Assembly (NCBI RefSeq): GCF_000181795.1 | Contig: NW_003526941.1 | Coordinates: 7,691,741 to 7,755,740, forward strand | Direction of reading: 5' to 3' | Source: Trichinella spiralis | Lineage: Eukaryota | DNA length: 64,000 nucleotides | Part shown: positions 38,801 to 53,149 of the stretch, one piece after another | Position numbering within the stretch: position 1 is the first letter of the stretch | Layout: each line of letters begins with the position of its first letter | The notes under the pieces: model-generated | Databases searched by the model: none | What the model saw: only the letters and a program-made list of their open reading frames with translations | Told to the model about the DNA's origin: nothing | Made by a program: the position numbers and the translations under genes

Positions 38801-40295
38801 AAGTAACACAGAAACAAGGAAGAATTACTTTTCAGCAATTGAAAATGGACTTTAGCAGCTATTCAGCATAATGAGCTCAAAGAACGTTCTACAACGCGAC
38901 CACTTGCCACGTAAGTCAAACGAAGGAGTGCGCCCTTATTGACGATAAGACACCTTTATGGCGATCGTTATTTGCATAGTGCAGCGTTCGAAACCGGTTT
39001 TTGTGCATTGGAACTTCTTACTGAGGATAAGTTCTACCAAAAAGAACTATTTGAAAATTCAAAAATGACCTCGACGTTTACAATTCAGTTGAAATATAAA
39101 CTATCTGGCAAAAAACGCCATAATAAAAACATTGACTTAGTCAAAACACGCCTTCTCATGTTTCATTTTGAGATTTCAAAATTCAAAAGTGCCCTACACA
39201 AATGATAGTTGATTTCTTATACAAAAAGACGCTTTGAATTGAATAATTTGGAAGTGACAGCATATTTAGCTGATGAAAAGTGTGATTTTTGATGGATGCT
39301 GATCTGCTAAATGGAGAGACGCAAGGCACGCAGTATTAAAAGTGGTTTAAGGGGGATGAAAATACTTTCTAAACATGAATTGTAACTTAGTTTCAACATA
39401 ATGTAAAAGTCTATAGATGGAATAATTTCGCAGTGAAAAATATCTTATTTACCTATTGGATGTAATAAGCTTAAGTAACTTAATTTAACATAGGAATGAC
39501 TTCGCCCTTTCGAATTCGGACTTACAGAGTCAAGAGAAACCATGAACCGCACATACTTTTTCTCCTTTATTGTTCTGCTTCATTCCGTCTTCGTTTTGAC
39601 TTTTTCTTCATTATTCATATCTGTAGAAATGTTGAATAATAAATCAAAAATGTTCTCACTTCATCATGTAGTAAAAGTAACAACTGATTGAAAATTGAAT
39701 TTTCAAATCTATTAATTAACTGGTTTTTAATTAAGCGTTAACGTTTAGAAAATAAGTACAAAATATTTTGAAGAAAAGTAACACAAATAGAAAAAAGGAG
39801 AAATTACTTTTCAGCAATTTAAAATAGACGTCAGCAAAAACTATTCAGCGTCATGTACTCAGAGAACATTTTACAACGCTACCACTTGCCACGTAAGTCG
39901 AACGATCGAGTGCGCCCTTACTGACGATAATGCACCTTTATGGCGATTGTTATTTGCATAGCGCAGCGCTCGAAACCGGTTTTTGTGCATTGGAACTTCT
40001 TACTGAGGATAAATTCTACCAAAAAGAACTATTTGAAAATTCAAAAATGACCTCGACGTTTACAATTCAGTCAAAATATAAACTATCTGGCAGAAAACAC
40101 CATAATAAAAACATTGACGTAGTCAAAACACACCTCCGCACGTTTCGTTTTGAGATTTCAAAATTCAAAAATGCCCTACATAAATGGAAGTTGTTTTATT
40201 ATACAAAAAGTTGCTTTCAATTGGATAATTTTCAAGTGACTGCTTGTTTAGCTAATAAAAACATAATTTTCGATGGACTGCGATATAGATAATGC
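35880..40295 (-). repeat. Right array of the same ~1-kb unit in inverted orientation (full units ~36050-37040, 38040-39030, 39030-40020, plus partial copies)
   Basis: Reverse complement of the left array. The anchor atttgcatag occurs at ~36972, ~38970 and ~39952, and a degenerate copy sits near 35890. Confidence 0.92.
37228..38008. repeat. Near-identical duplicate of ~40070-40845, probably an assembly artefact
   Basis: Identical ORF translations at 37701 and 40538. The first copy is bounded by N runs on both sides. Confidence 0.8.
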
Positions 40296-42290
40296 ACCAT
40301 TAATGAAACTGTTTTGACATGGATGTTTGAAGTGAACGAACACAATCGTAGAAATGAAGTCTGAAGAATTTTTCACATCTCAAAGCAATATTGTATGGTC
40401 CTACCTACTATATAAATATTTATGGTACTGTTGAACAGACGTACCATGTAGTGAAAGTTTTTATAATATGAAAAGGATTAGAAATAAAAAAATATTACCT
40501 TCAGAAAAGTAAAATTAACTTTATTGTATCTGAAAGTGTGCACATACAAAACGTAATGCTAATGATAAAAAAATTCCATCTTTCACTCATTTTACTGTTT
40601 TGCATAACCTTTGTTCATTACATTGAATTCTTGTCTCAGGCAGGTATGGTCGTAGTACAGCAATTGCATATACATATTCTGATGATGTTACTTTTGAATA
40701 CTTTTGAATTCACATTTATATTTCCATTTTGTTTATTTCTATTCTGTGAAACATTATAGCTGTAATTTGAATGAATTTACAAAAATTGCTTTAGTGTTAA
40801 TATATGCATTACTTGTCTGCTTCCATTATTTGTATTGCTGCTTTTGTCCTGTGGATTGTGGTTTCAACGTTTTAATTCAATTTATCTTATCTCAAAATGT
40901 TAGAGCAATACAGTTCATTAATGGTTGAAACTAACGTTCCACTTCAACTGACCGCCACAGTTGAAAATGACAACTCTTCCTGTATTTGCTGAGGAAATCA
41001 ATGTCCACTTCCCTCTGATTGGTCCTTTAATTTACAATATCTATTTTTATATTTGAGCAGTGAATTTAACTATCTTTCATAACTTTATTACTTTCGAATT
41101 TATTTCCAAATTTACAGTTATTGCATAATCAATCAAAACATCAGTTTAACAACACTTATAGGGCTGTCTCTCAAATAGAATTACAGTCTGAAAAAATGTT
41201 GCTAAAATCAGAAAAGAACTACGGCATGTTCAGTGAAGTTCATGATTTTGATGCTGGAAACAGTACTAATAGTGATTCAGTTTCAGGATATTCATCCCAT
41301 AGTTCTGTTGCTTAACGTTATTTCATAACAGTAATTTTCGAGTATTATATACTATACAATATTATATGATTTAAAATATTCATGACTTTAAAATGCTGCT
41401 TTTTAAATGCCATAACGTTCAAAGATTAATTATTGTCTTGTGACTTCAAAGTATGAAATTATGATGTTACTCTTTTTTCGCAAATCAAATGAATGCATGC
41501 ATTATCAAATGATAAGAATCTACTTACGGACGAATTATAAAAGATTGATTTTCAGCCAATTATGATAAATTGCAAATGAAATGTTTTCCTCAATCGAAAC
41601 ACCCAGATTCAGCAACATATCAGCTCATTATTGATATATTTTCTCTAGTGTATTTTTATTTATTTGAATTTTATATATTCCTATACAAATGGCATAACTG
41701 TGCATAAATTATTTGATGCATCCATACATTGGACCTACATTATCTGTTGCATTATTATTTAAATATTTAACTTGAATGAATATAAACTTTGTGCATAATC
41801 AATTTTTTATTTTACAATATTATTTGATTTTAACGCAACATTACAATTTTTATAATTATTTTCAATTCATCAAAGTACAGTATGACAATCTTACTTGTAT
41901 AATAGATGTTTACATACTGTAGATATTAATACACGGAACATTAATAGTTATTTTTATAGTTTTTCAGTAATGTTTTTATCGCTATGACTCAGTATTTTTT
42001 ATGATGAACATATGATTTCTTGTCGTGATATCCTTTTAAAAGTTGCTTATTATTTCGCAGTTCACATCGATAGTATTATTCACTGCAGTCTGAAAGGCTG
42101 TTTTTATATAATACGGTACATGCATTTGCTTAACACTTTATCTTGCTTAGCATTATTATTGCAATATGTATTTACCTGCTGGTGTACTTGCATTTACTTC
42201 TGGCGTAAGTTAATGTTCGCGCACGGTTGATACTGTTTACAGTTATTCATAAAACAATAATAGCTGCAGTATTAGAGAATTTTTCAGATA

Positions 42291-42641
42291 ATGACCCATG
42301 TGAAAACTGTGATAAAGCAGGCATCTGTGTACAGTCGAAAAATGGATAGACTGAGCAAAAGAATTTTTGGGGAAATACCATACGAATTAACCGCTCGAAA
42401 TGCGAGAGTAGTAAAAGCTTTTCAAGCAATGCCTTATGAAGAAGATGAATTTTGTATCGCTTATTTTCCACCCCATCCAATGTTTCATTCATTAACAAAA
42501 CTTCTTCGATTGCATGGACTTTTTCGAGATGAGCATCAAGATTTTATTGACGAATTATTACGCCAACGGTGTTTGCGCGGTAAAGCACCTCCAAAGCCTG
42601 GTGAAGGAAAACGTGCGATGATGCGTAGAAAAAATGCCTAG
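42291..42641 (+). CDS. MRPS33: Mitochondrial ribosomal protein S33 (mS33); single coding exon
   Basis: RLSKRIFGE...LRLHGLFRDEHQDF..E..R.R.LRGKAPPKPGEGKR signature. A TTTTCAG acceptor lies 3 nt before the ATG, and AATAAA follows at 42675 and 42683. Confidence 0.93.
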   Translation: MTHVKTVIKQASVYSRKMDRLSKRIFGEIPYELTARNARVVKAFQAMPYEEDEFCIAYFPPHPMFHSLTKLLRLHGLFRDEHQDFIDELLRQRCLRGKAPPKPGEGKRAMMRRKNA

Positions 42642-42969
42642 TATTTTTAATTGTTCTACTCGGAGTTTTTTCAAAATAAAACAATAAAGTTTTATCCAGA
42701 GTTTATTCATTCATGAATCGAATCAGCAGTCATCCATCACATAGCGCAACACATCTGATTTTTCGCATAACCAGATGTAAACGAGCGTTCCTGCGAAACT
42801 CCTTTCGATGTGGAAAGTGCAGGAGTACCCACTGCGTCAAATTTCGGCGAACTGGAGAAATCCAGGCCAAAAATTGATGCATTACAACAAACAGACCCGT
42901 AGAACGGTCCCATTTAAATTTATCAAATGTATTGGCTACATAACAGTTGACCGCAGATTCGCTAAGGAG

Positions 42970-45001
<2,032 letters not shown>

Positions 45002-47692
45002 AAATACAGCTATGACAATGTACGTAACGAACGCTGAACACGAATGCCAACGAAATGATGACGAGACTGACAGTATACCTTGCGTGAAATAATAATACCT
45101 GAGGCTCATGGTAAGCATTGTTTATTGATTTTCATTTAAGAACTGTACGTTGAACTAAATTTTACAAAATAATGTTTAAAACTTTATTTGCAGAAAAATA
45201 ATCTAATTTCATAATTTATAAGTACCGAAATTAAAGATGAGAATTTAAAAAATAGATATTATAAGTACGAACTAGGAGCAACAAAAATGCTAAGGAATTA
45301 CACTAAAGCTACATAAATAACAATTTTATGTAAATTTATAAAAGTCACTATGTTTAGAAATTCCATTTATATTGAACTAATACGAGATATTCATACTGTA
45401 GATAAAAAAATATGCTCCGCTGGGAATAAAAATTGATATTGTTTGAATTAATGGTCATTAAAGTTTCATAAATGTGAAATGTGCAGAAAATAAAAATTTT
45501 TTGAGCACAATAAAAGAAATTTTTCATTAAACATCTTGCAAAACTTGTTTTATGTACAGTAATTATTACGAAATACAGTATACTGATGTGATTCTAATGT
45601 TATTTTTCCGTGAAAACGGGAATATTGTAACGATCGTAGAATTATTGAATCCAGAAATTATTCTGTTTAAAATATAACGTTATGAAAATATTATTTTTAA
45701 CTGACCAGAGTTAAAACCTTCGGGTTTGAAGCATTTTAATGGAAATTTAATCCTAACAGCACACAAAAATAATATATAAGTCTTGTTTACTCGAACTGAT
45801 TAACTATGCCTTTCTATAAATTAATGTAAAGTTTCACCCATAATAGTTTAAATTAAAATTGTAATGTTTCCATTAGTAGAATTTAATGATTCATCTATGA
45901 TCATGCAAACTTCCATTATTCAAAAAGCGATGAAAATGAGAGTAGGGGATTAATTCCTAATCTACTACATTGACAATATTCGAGTTGTGGAAAAATTAAT
46001 TCTTGCTTATCTGAAAACCTACATAAGGAATAGTAAGATAAGAATGATTAGCAATGACATATTTAAATTTCAGGTTTGTTGAGCGAGTAATAAATTATGG
46101 TTCTTTCTTAATGAAGAGACCAATTGTGCATATGTCATCTTCACCTCAGAAGTGACAATACATGTTTCGAAATGCAAACTTTAAGTTATAATGTTGATTT
46201 ATCTCGACTTGATACTAATAATTGCAGTTTATTTCACATTCTTCTTTTGTGTTATAAAAGTTTTTTAACTCTCATGTATAAACTTAAAACATTACATTTA
46301 TTTTATTTTTTGTTTGTCTTTTTATGATGAATATTGTAGTCGAAGCATTTTGAACTTCTTAAATCAGCGCTGTTTGAAGTAAATTCAAAAAATAGGTTAA
46401 AATCTTTGAATTTTAGGTTTTCCTAAAACAGCAGTTTTAGAATGAAAATGATCATATCATTATAATACGAAGATTTTCTTTAAAACCTAATGGCAAGCCT
46501 TAACATAACTACGCAATAGTAGTGCAAAAGTAAAATGTTTAACAAGTTTGAGTTTTAAAATTAATATAATTTTAGTCAGGTCGATCTTACTTTTAAAATT
46601 AAATTGTCTTCACTTAAAAGTATTTAATGTTCAGTTATTTAAGTTATTTTTTATTAAAAAATTACTGTTTTCGTAATTACCCCAAACTGCTAAATGTTAA
46701 TCGCCAAATAAATGCTGAAATCAGAATATCCAGTTCAAGCTAAAATTTAATAATGGGTTACATTTTTTTCATTTTATTTCATATTTTTAAATAAATATTT
46801 TAATTTAATGAAATTTAAATTCATTTGATTTATAAAACAAATTTAGGTTTATACTACATTAACACTTTTAACAATGATATCTTACTGTAGTTTTTGAAAC
46901 CAGTCCGTTTGAGCTGTAAATGCTGTTAACAGTCGTCTTCAGAATTAGTATAACTTGATCCTGTATTGTTCTTGGTAAATTTTTTATGCATAATTTTTTC
47001 TTAAGTTTTTTTTGTTTTGTGAAATACTCTTCACTTTATTGTTTTCTGCAATGATGGTTTTTAGGTTATGAATTTTGTACTGTTTTGTTTAATGAGTTTT
47101 TTCGTTGAATAGAAGTTCATCGTAAATATTTATGTATTCAGTTTGAAATGTTTAATTTGATTATGTTTTGTTTACCTTATTAGTGATATTTGTACGTCTT
47201 ATTCTTATTTGATTATAATTACATTAAAACGCTAAGTCCTTTTTGTTCATTTCTTTGTTTCTTCGTTCTCTTGGTTTAGTTTCGTTGAAGAGATATTTTA
47301 TGTTTTAAATTTTTTTAGATTTTATTCTGTGCTTCCCTGAAGAATGTATATTACCGATATGTTTATAATTATTGGTTGACTGATTTATTATTTTGCTACA
47401 GATGATGCAGCATTCTTTTTGCTAATTTTTTAGTTTTTAGTTATTAGAAAATTAATTTTCATCACAGTTATTCAGCATGTACTGTTATTTTTTTAAAATT
47501 ATTCTGAGAAGTGCAGTTGAATGATCACACAAAATTGTCTAAATTAAAATAATATTAAATTTTATTATTTCAAATTTAGATTTGTTTTAGTTTTTTGTGG
47601 GCTGGGTAGTTGTAAATGTATGTGTAATTTATATAATATTTATCCATTATGACCTCTATATAATTTTTATTCTGTTTTGGCAGACTTTTCCA

Positions 47693-50600
47693 ATGCTTAC
47701 GAATGACGAGCATATAGCGTGCTCGGTTTTGGAGTCGGAACAAATTGAAAATGATGAGAGTAAGTTTACATAATAAATTGTATTTTTTTTATTAAAATGG
47801 GATGTGACATTTACATTTGCGTTACTTTATATTATTTTTAGAAACGATTAAGGGCATTAATCAAACGGAAGATGAAATTCGTGCTATATGTCTGGTTGGT
47901 TCTGTAGCACATGATGGTAAATTAAAGGAAGTATTAAAAGTAATAAAATGCTTCTGTTCGTCGTATCATGGTCTTGTAATATTTTTTTAATTTAAGACTG
48001 TTTTTAACTTAATTGTTTATGAATCAGAAAAGGGAGTGGAGTACATTTCTCAGAAGGATGTCGCATTTGTGCTTGAAAACTTTAGTGGACCTGATTTCAA
48101 CTATCTTTACCACGCAGGACGTCGTATTTTTGGGCCAACAATTATTTTTGAATCTTCTCAGTCAAGTGCTGTAAATATAGAACTATTTGTTTACTTTATT
48201 GATTTGTTTTTAATTTAGCAAGTAGGTAATGAATGATGTAATTATTTTATGAGTTAACATAAAATTATACACTATTTATTTTGATAATTTACATGAAATA
48301 TTATATTTGTTTATGTTTATTGTTTTTCTTTATTTACAATACACGATTTTGTAACTCATTTTGTGGAAAATTGATTTTATTATGAGCATAGGTGTAAAAT
48401 AATCTATGAAAATGAAGGCCTGAAATTTAATGTTTTGTAGAAGCTTCCAATTAAGTCAAGACCTTTATATTGCAACGCAATGAAGGAAGTAACAGTTTGC
48501 TTTGCCGGACTACATGATAAGAAAGTTTTGGTGAATAATTTTCTAGAATTGAATTACTTTTATTAGTGAACTGCTATTATTTTATTAAGTCAAATGTGGT
48601 TGATCTTGTCCACCATATGGGCGGAAGTGTTCGAAAAAATTTCACAATGAGTGTAACTCATGTTGTTACAAACACCACTCAAAGCTCAAAATATCGAGTA
48701 AGTGAATCTCAATTACAATTGACGAACCATTTCGTTTGATTCCATATTTTCTTATTGTTTATTTATGCGAATCAATAAAATTCAAAATCATTATAATATA
48801 AAATAATTTTATTTAATGTCACAGTAAATTATTAACTGAATTGTACGCTTAAAGCTTGCTGTTGGTATGGGAAAAGCTGTAATGCACGTGGATTGGATAT
48901 TCAAAATGTGGGAACGCCGTTCCAATGCTCATGTATCAGCTCTGTCACCTGACTGGGTAATTAATTTGGTTTTTGAACAGATTTTTTAAATTTTTTAAAA
49001 TATTTTTTTAGTCATGCTTCAAGCTGAAACCTTTCTTCGCGCTAAAACTTTATTTTCGCGGATTTTTACCAAATGAAGAGAATCATATGAAAGAACTTGC
49101 TATTCAGAATGGTATTTTTTTTTGATTTTCACTTTCAGCATATAATTCATGGTTGAATTACAGGAGCTGTTGTGACCGATTGTAATGCTTGTACTCATTT
49201 TGTTGTGGATCCGTCTGTTCGTTATGAAGATTTAACAGACAGTGATCGAAATCTTCAATGTCGTTTTGTTACTGCAGAAGTACAAATTTTCTAATACTAG
49301 TCTAAACAATGTACATTGAATGGTTTTAGTGGTTTTGGTTAAGTATTCAGTTGGATATTTGTGCTAATGAAGATATGTATACGTTAATGGATAAGGTAGG
49401 CACTGTTGTATATTTAATTATGTGTTAATAATTATCAGTTATATGTAGGATCAAAAATGTCGCAAGCGGTCTAAAAGCCCAGCGGTGTTTGAAAATAAGC
49501 GTCATGCAAAGCGGCTTTCTGAATTTCATGGCAGTGGTGACTTGAATCCTTTTTCATCGCATTGTTCTTCTTTGGACGTATCCAGTGATTATTCCTCAAT
49601 GCTAGGAGGTAAAATTACTATAGACTATTCAACTATGGAAAAACGTGAACATTTTTTGTGTAGATCAGATGTTTTCTTCTGAGGATTTGGATAATCTAAT
49701 GAAATCTCCTAAAAAGGGTATGAGCAAACGTCAACAAATTGCTGTGGAAATGCTTCAGACAGAATTCAAATATGTCCAAGTGTTGCACACGATAATAACG
49801 GTAACAAAAACGTAACTTATGGTTGTTGGTTCTTTATTTTTATGCTTTCTAGATTTATAAGGAACCGTTGGAAAGTCCAGATAGTACTGTGGGTGGTCAT
49901 TTGTTGGATTCTGCAGAAATGAAACTTATATTTGGAAATTTGCCTCCGATTTATGTGATACATCAAAAACTGCATAAAGAGTTGGCAAATTTGATTGCAC
50001 ATTGGTCAGAAGATAGATGTATTGGAAATGTTTGGCTTCAGCACGTATTCGAAAAATTGCTATGCTTTTGATGTTTGGTTTTTTAAAATTACAGCTTTAG
50101 GCTGACAAGCTGGTGAAAGCATATCCACCTTTTGTAAATTTTTACGAGCGAACAAAAGAAACTCTTAATAAATGTGACAAGAGTAAACCACGTTTTCATG
50201 CATTTCTCAAAGTTGGTTTATTTATTTATTAATTATTATCAATATATTGTTCAAGTATTTGATGTTTATTTTATTTTATAGGCACGTCAAAATAGGCCAG
50301 AATCGAATCGAGAAAGCTTGCAAGAATTGATCATTCGCCCTGTGCAACGTCTTCCTAGTGTTATTTTGTTATTGAGTGGTTTGTATTTTTTTCGTCATAA
50401 TTGAGTTTATACAATTTTATTATATCAGTAATATAATAATTGAAATTTCTGTTTTAATAATAAAAAAATTGCCTGAATTGTATGTTTTTCAATTTTTGAA
50501 AAAGATTTTCGAATTTTGAAAATGGTTGCATTTTTTTGCTTGCAAAACTGTTCTCAGCAGAAATTATTTTTAGAACTGTTGAAAAATACAGACAAAGCAA

Positions 50601-52050
50601 ATAAAGACCACCAATGCATTGCAAAAGCTATTGATGCACTGAAACGAGTACTGACGTAAGTGATCATATCATACAAAACTGTGAAGTGAAGCTTATCACA
50701 TAGCTAGCTAGTTATGTTGCTTGTATTCGGCATATTTATGGTTTATTGTGATTGTTTTAAACAGAAGAACAACTTTTGTTAAATAAATCGAAATAATAAT
50801 AGCAGAAATTTGAATATTATTTTTTTGACTTTTCATTTCAGGCATATTAACGAAGACAAAAGGAAAACTGAAGGACAAGTGAAGCTTTTTGATATTGTAA
50901 ACGAGATCGAAAACTGCCCAGTTAGATGTTTGACGAATTATTTATCCTTCGATATTAATGTGAATATTTTAGCCTTATTTGCTTTCTTCACAACGGCAGT
51001 TTATCACTTCCATTTCTGTGACATCCCTTTCTCATGGCTTTGTCAAAAAAGGTTCTCAGTGTGTTTTTTATTTGTTTAATGATTGTCTTGAGGTAAAATG
51101 GGTTTTCAATTCTGATGTTTTTCAAATTTGCATCTTGAGAAAATTGTACAGGTTGCGAAGTCGAGACAAAAAACCAACGGAAGAGAAGAGACGCGGACGT
51201 TGCATGCAACATTGAAGCCGTACAAGCATGCAGAGTTGCTATTTTTATCCAACATTCGTCGCGTGATCGATGTAACTTGTTTTGAAGGTATTATCTTGTT
51301 GCTGTTTTTTCAACATAATCTTCATAAATTAACAATTTGCATGCTATGTTGCTTGAGTTGGTTTTTGAAGTGAAAAGCTCCACTGGTTATTTATTATTCA
51401 TATTTTGATTGACTACAATATATATTTTTTAGTAATATAAAAATTGTCTTGTTATAGAAGCATCAAATATATTTTGTTTGACTATTCGCAATAATATGGG
51501 CGACACGAATTATCCATTCCAGCTAGTGGATGAGACTGCCAACGAGGCTCGTCGTATGTTTTTGGAGAAGTTGTGCGATCAAGTTCTGAAAACTGTCGGT
51601 CGTGTCGATTTCTGCTTGCAATCCTTGCAGTCAGCCGACGCTGATGGTGATAGCGATCTGGCTCTGACAATTCAAAAAGCGATAAAGTAAATTAATTAAT
51701 TAATTTCTTACATATACAATATGCATTTCAGGCATTTAAAATACGGTGGCCGAAGACTTAGTAGAGCCTTTTCGTTTAATAAAACTCAAACATCCCTACG
51801 CAGAGCTGTTAGCCAGATTGCAGTCAACGTAGGTGGTCATCTTCGACGGATGTCCAGGTCGAATTTGCGCTTGCCGTTGCAACAAATTCACGAAGAAGCC
51901 CAGCAGCAGCAATCATCAAGTTCACTTTTTTTTACTAATCATCATATTCGACGTTAATTTACAGTTGATTTATGGAAAGTAATTTTACCAAATATCTTTT
52001 CATTACTGTTAATTATTCCAGGTTTTAAAACAAGCAGGAAAAAGAAATAA
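47693..52050 (+). CDS. ECT2: Ect2/pebble RhoGEF (BRCT repeats + DH-PH), ~20 exons
   Basis: RIFGPTII, RPLYCNAMKEVTVCFAG, DLVHHMGGSVRKNF..VTH (BRCT). KRQQIAVEMLQTEFKYVQVL, IFGNLPPIY, YPPFVNFYE, RFHAFLK, LQELIIRPVQRLPSV, HINEDKRKTEG (DH). RRLSRAFSFNKT C-terminal motif. Probable last exon 52022-52050; the alternative is a stop at 51957. Confidence 0.94.
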
Positions 52051-53149
52051 TCATATATGTTGTCATGCTATTTTATTATTATTATTACTATTATTATTAT
52101 TATATATATATACATACATACATATCTATATACTGCATACATATATAAGATATTAAAGTTGTTTTATTTCTCTGTTCCATATTCCAGAGATTATTCTTTT
52201 GTAAAAATATTAAAGTATGATAAAATAATTTTCAATTATAACATGTTTAAGAAAACAGAATAACAATCTCTCTTCACACGTCACTAAAAGTAATTCTACA
52301 ACTGTAAAGCATGTTTAAATAACTAAATCAATATAAGATGTCAAGAGATACGTTTTTGAAATTGAACAAACGCTCATCATCACCAGATGGCATTATGACG
52401 AAAATAGGGCAATGCAAAATAATAGGCATAATGAATCAGAGTTGACCAATTAGAGCTTACCTGCTGCCCTCATGCAATCGATCGAGGAATAGCATATGTT
52501 TATAGAGGTTTTGGGCGTTTTTGAAAGAATATATTAAAAGATTTTTCAATTTAATATTTAAAAATTTATAAAGCTAAATTCAAAATTGAACAAATCATCT
52601 TATTCTATTAATAACTAAATTCAAATTATTACAGTATAAATTCCATGATTATAGTATTTGATGTTCAAGTTTTTTCCAATTTGGTTCAGTTGTTCTGCTG
52701 GCATTGTGCTGGAAAAATTTGCATTTTAATTTCGATTCTTGCTCCAATTATTATTGATGGAAATTTCGAATATTGTGAATTGATATTTTTTATTCTTTCC
52801 ATTAATGCCGAATTAATTAAGCAGTGTTGAATGGTAATTAAAATTGTTTAAAGATGCCAAATGAATTGATTTGTGCTGTTTAAAATTTCCATCCGAACTC
52901 TGAAATAGCGGTTCTTTTGTAAACAGTAGTTGTTTGAAATGTGTTGACTGTCTGATGAAAGTGGCGAAATTATGGATGTTGGAGTAATTCATTTGACGTG
53001 AACTAGTTGTTTTCAAAATTTCAGCCGTGAAAAGCGTAGTTTGAACAGACAGGTTCCCAGTCGTCAACTATTTGACGGCATCTGTTATTGCAGTGAGTTC
53101 GATTAAGCGTTGGAAAGTAATAGTTGTGTTGGTTTCATTTTAGCATCGG

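Noticed and set aside
38939..40292. Recurring ORFs within the 1-kb repeat units (also 28176-28403, 37210-37455)
   Set aside because: Stops and frames differ between copies and there is no recognisable domain, so these are repeat-derived open frames.
27159..40295. CRISPR array, rDNA/5S cluster or telomeric repeat
   Set aside because: There is no short repeat-spacer pattern, no recognisable rRNA sequence and no TTAGGC array.
42001..42097. Possible C/D snoRNA (ATGATGA...CTGA with a weak terminal stem)
   Set aside because: These boxes are common by chance in AT-rich DNA, and I cannot match the antisense element to an rRNA or snRNA target.
45703..45722. AAACC-TTCG-GGTTT cUUCGg hairpin
   Set aside because: It is an isolated short stem with no surrounding ncRNA features.
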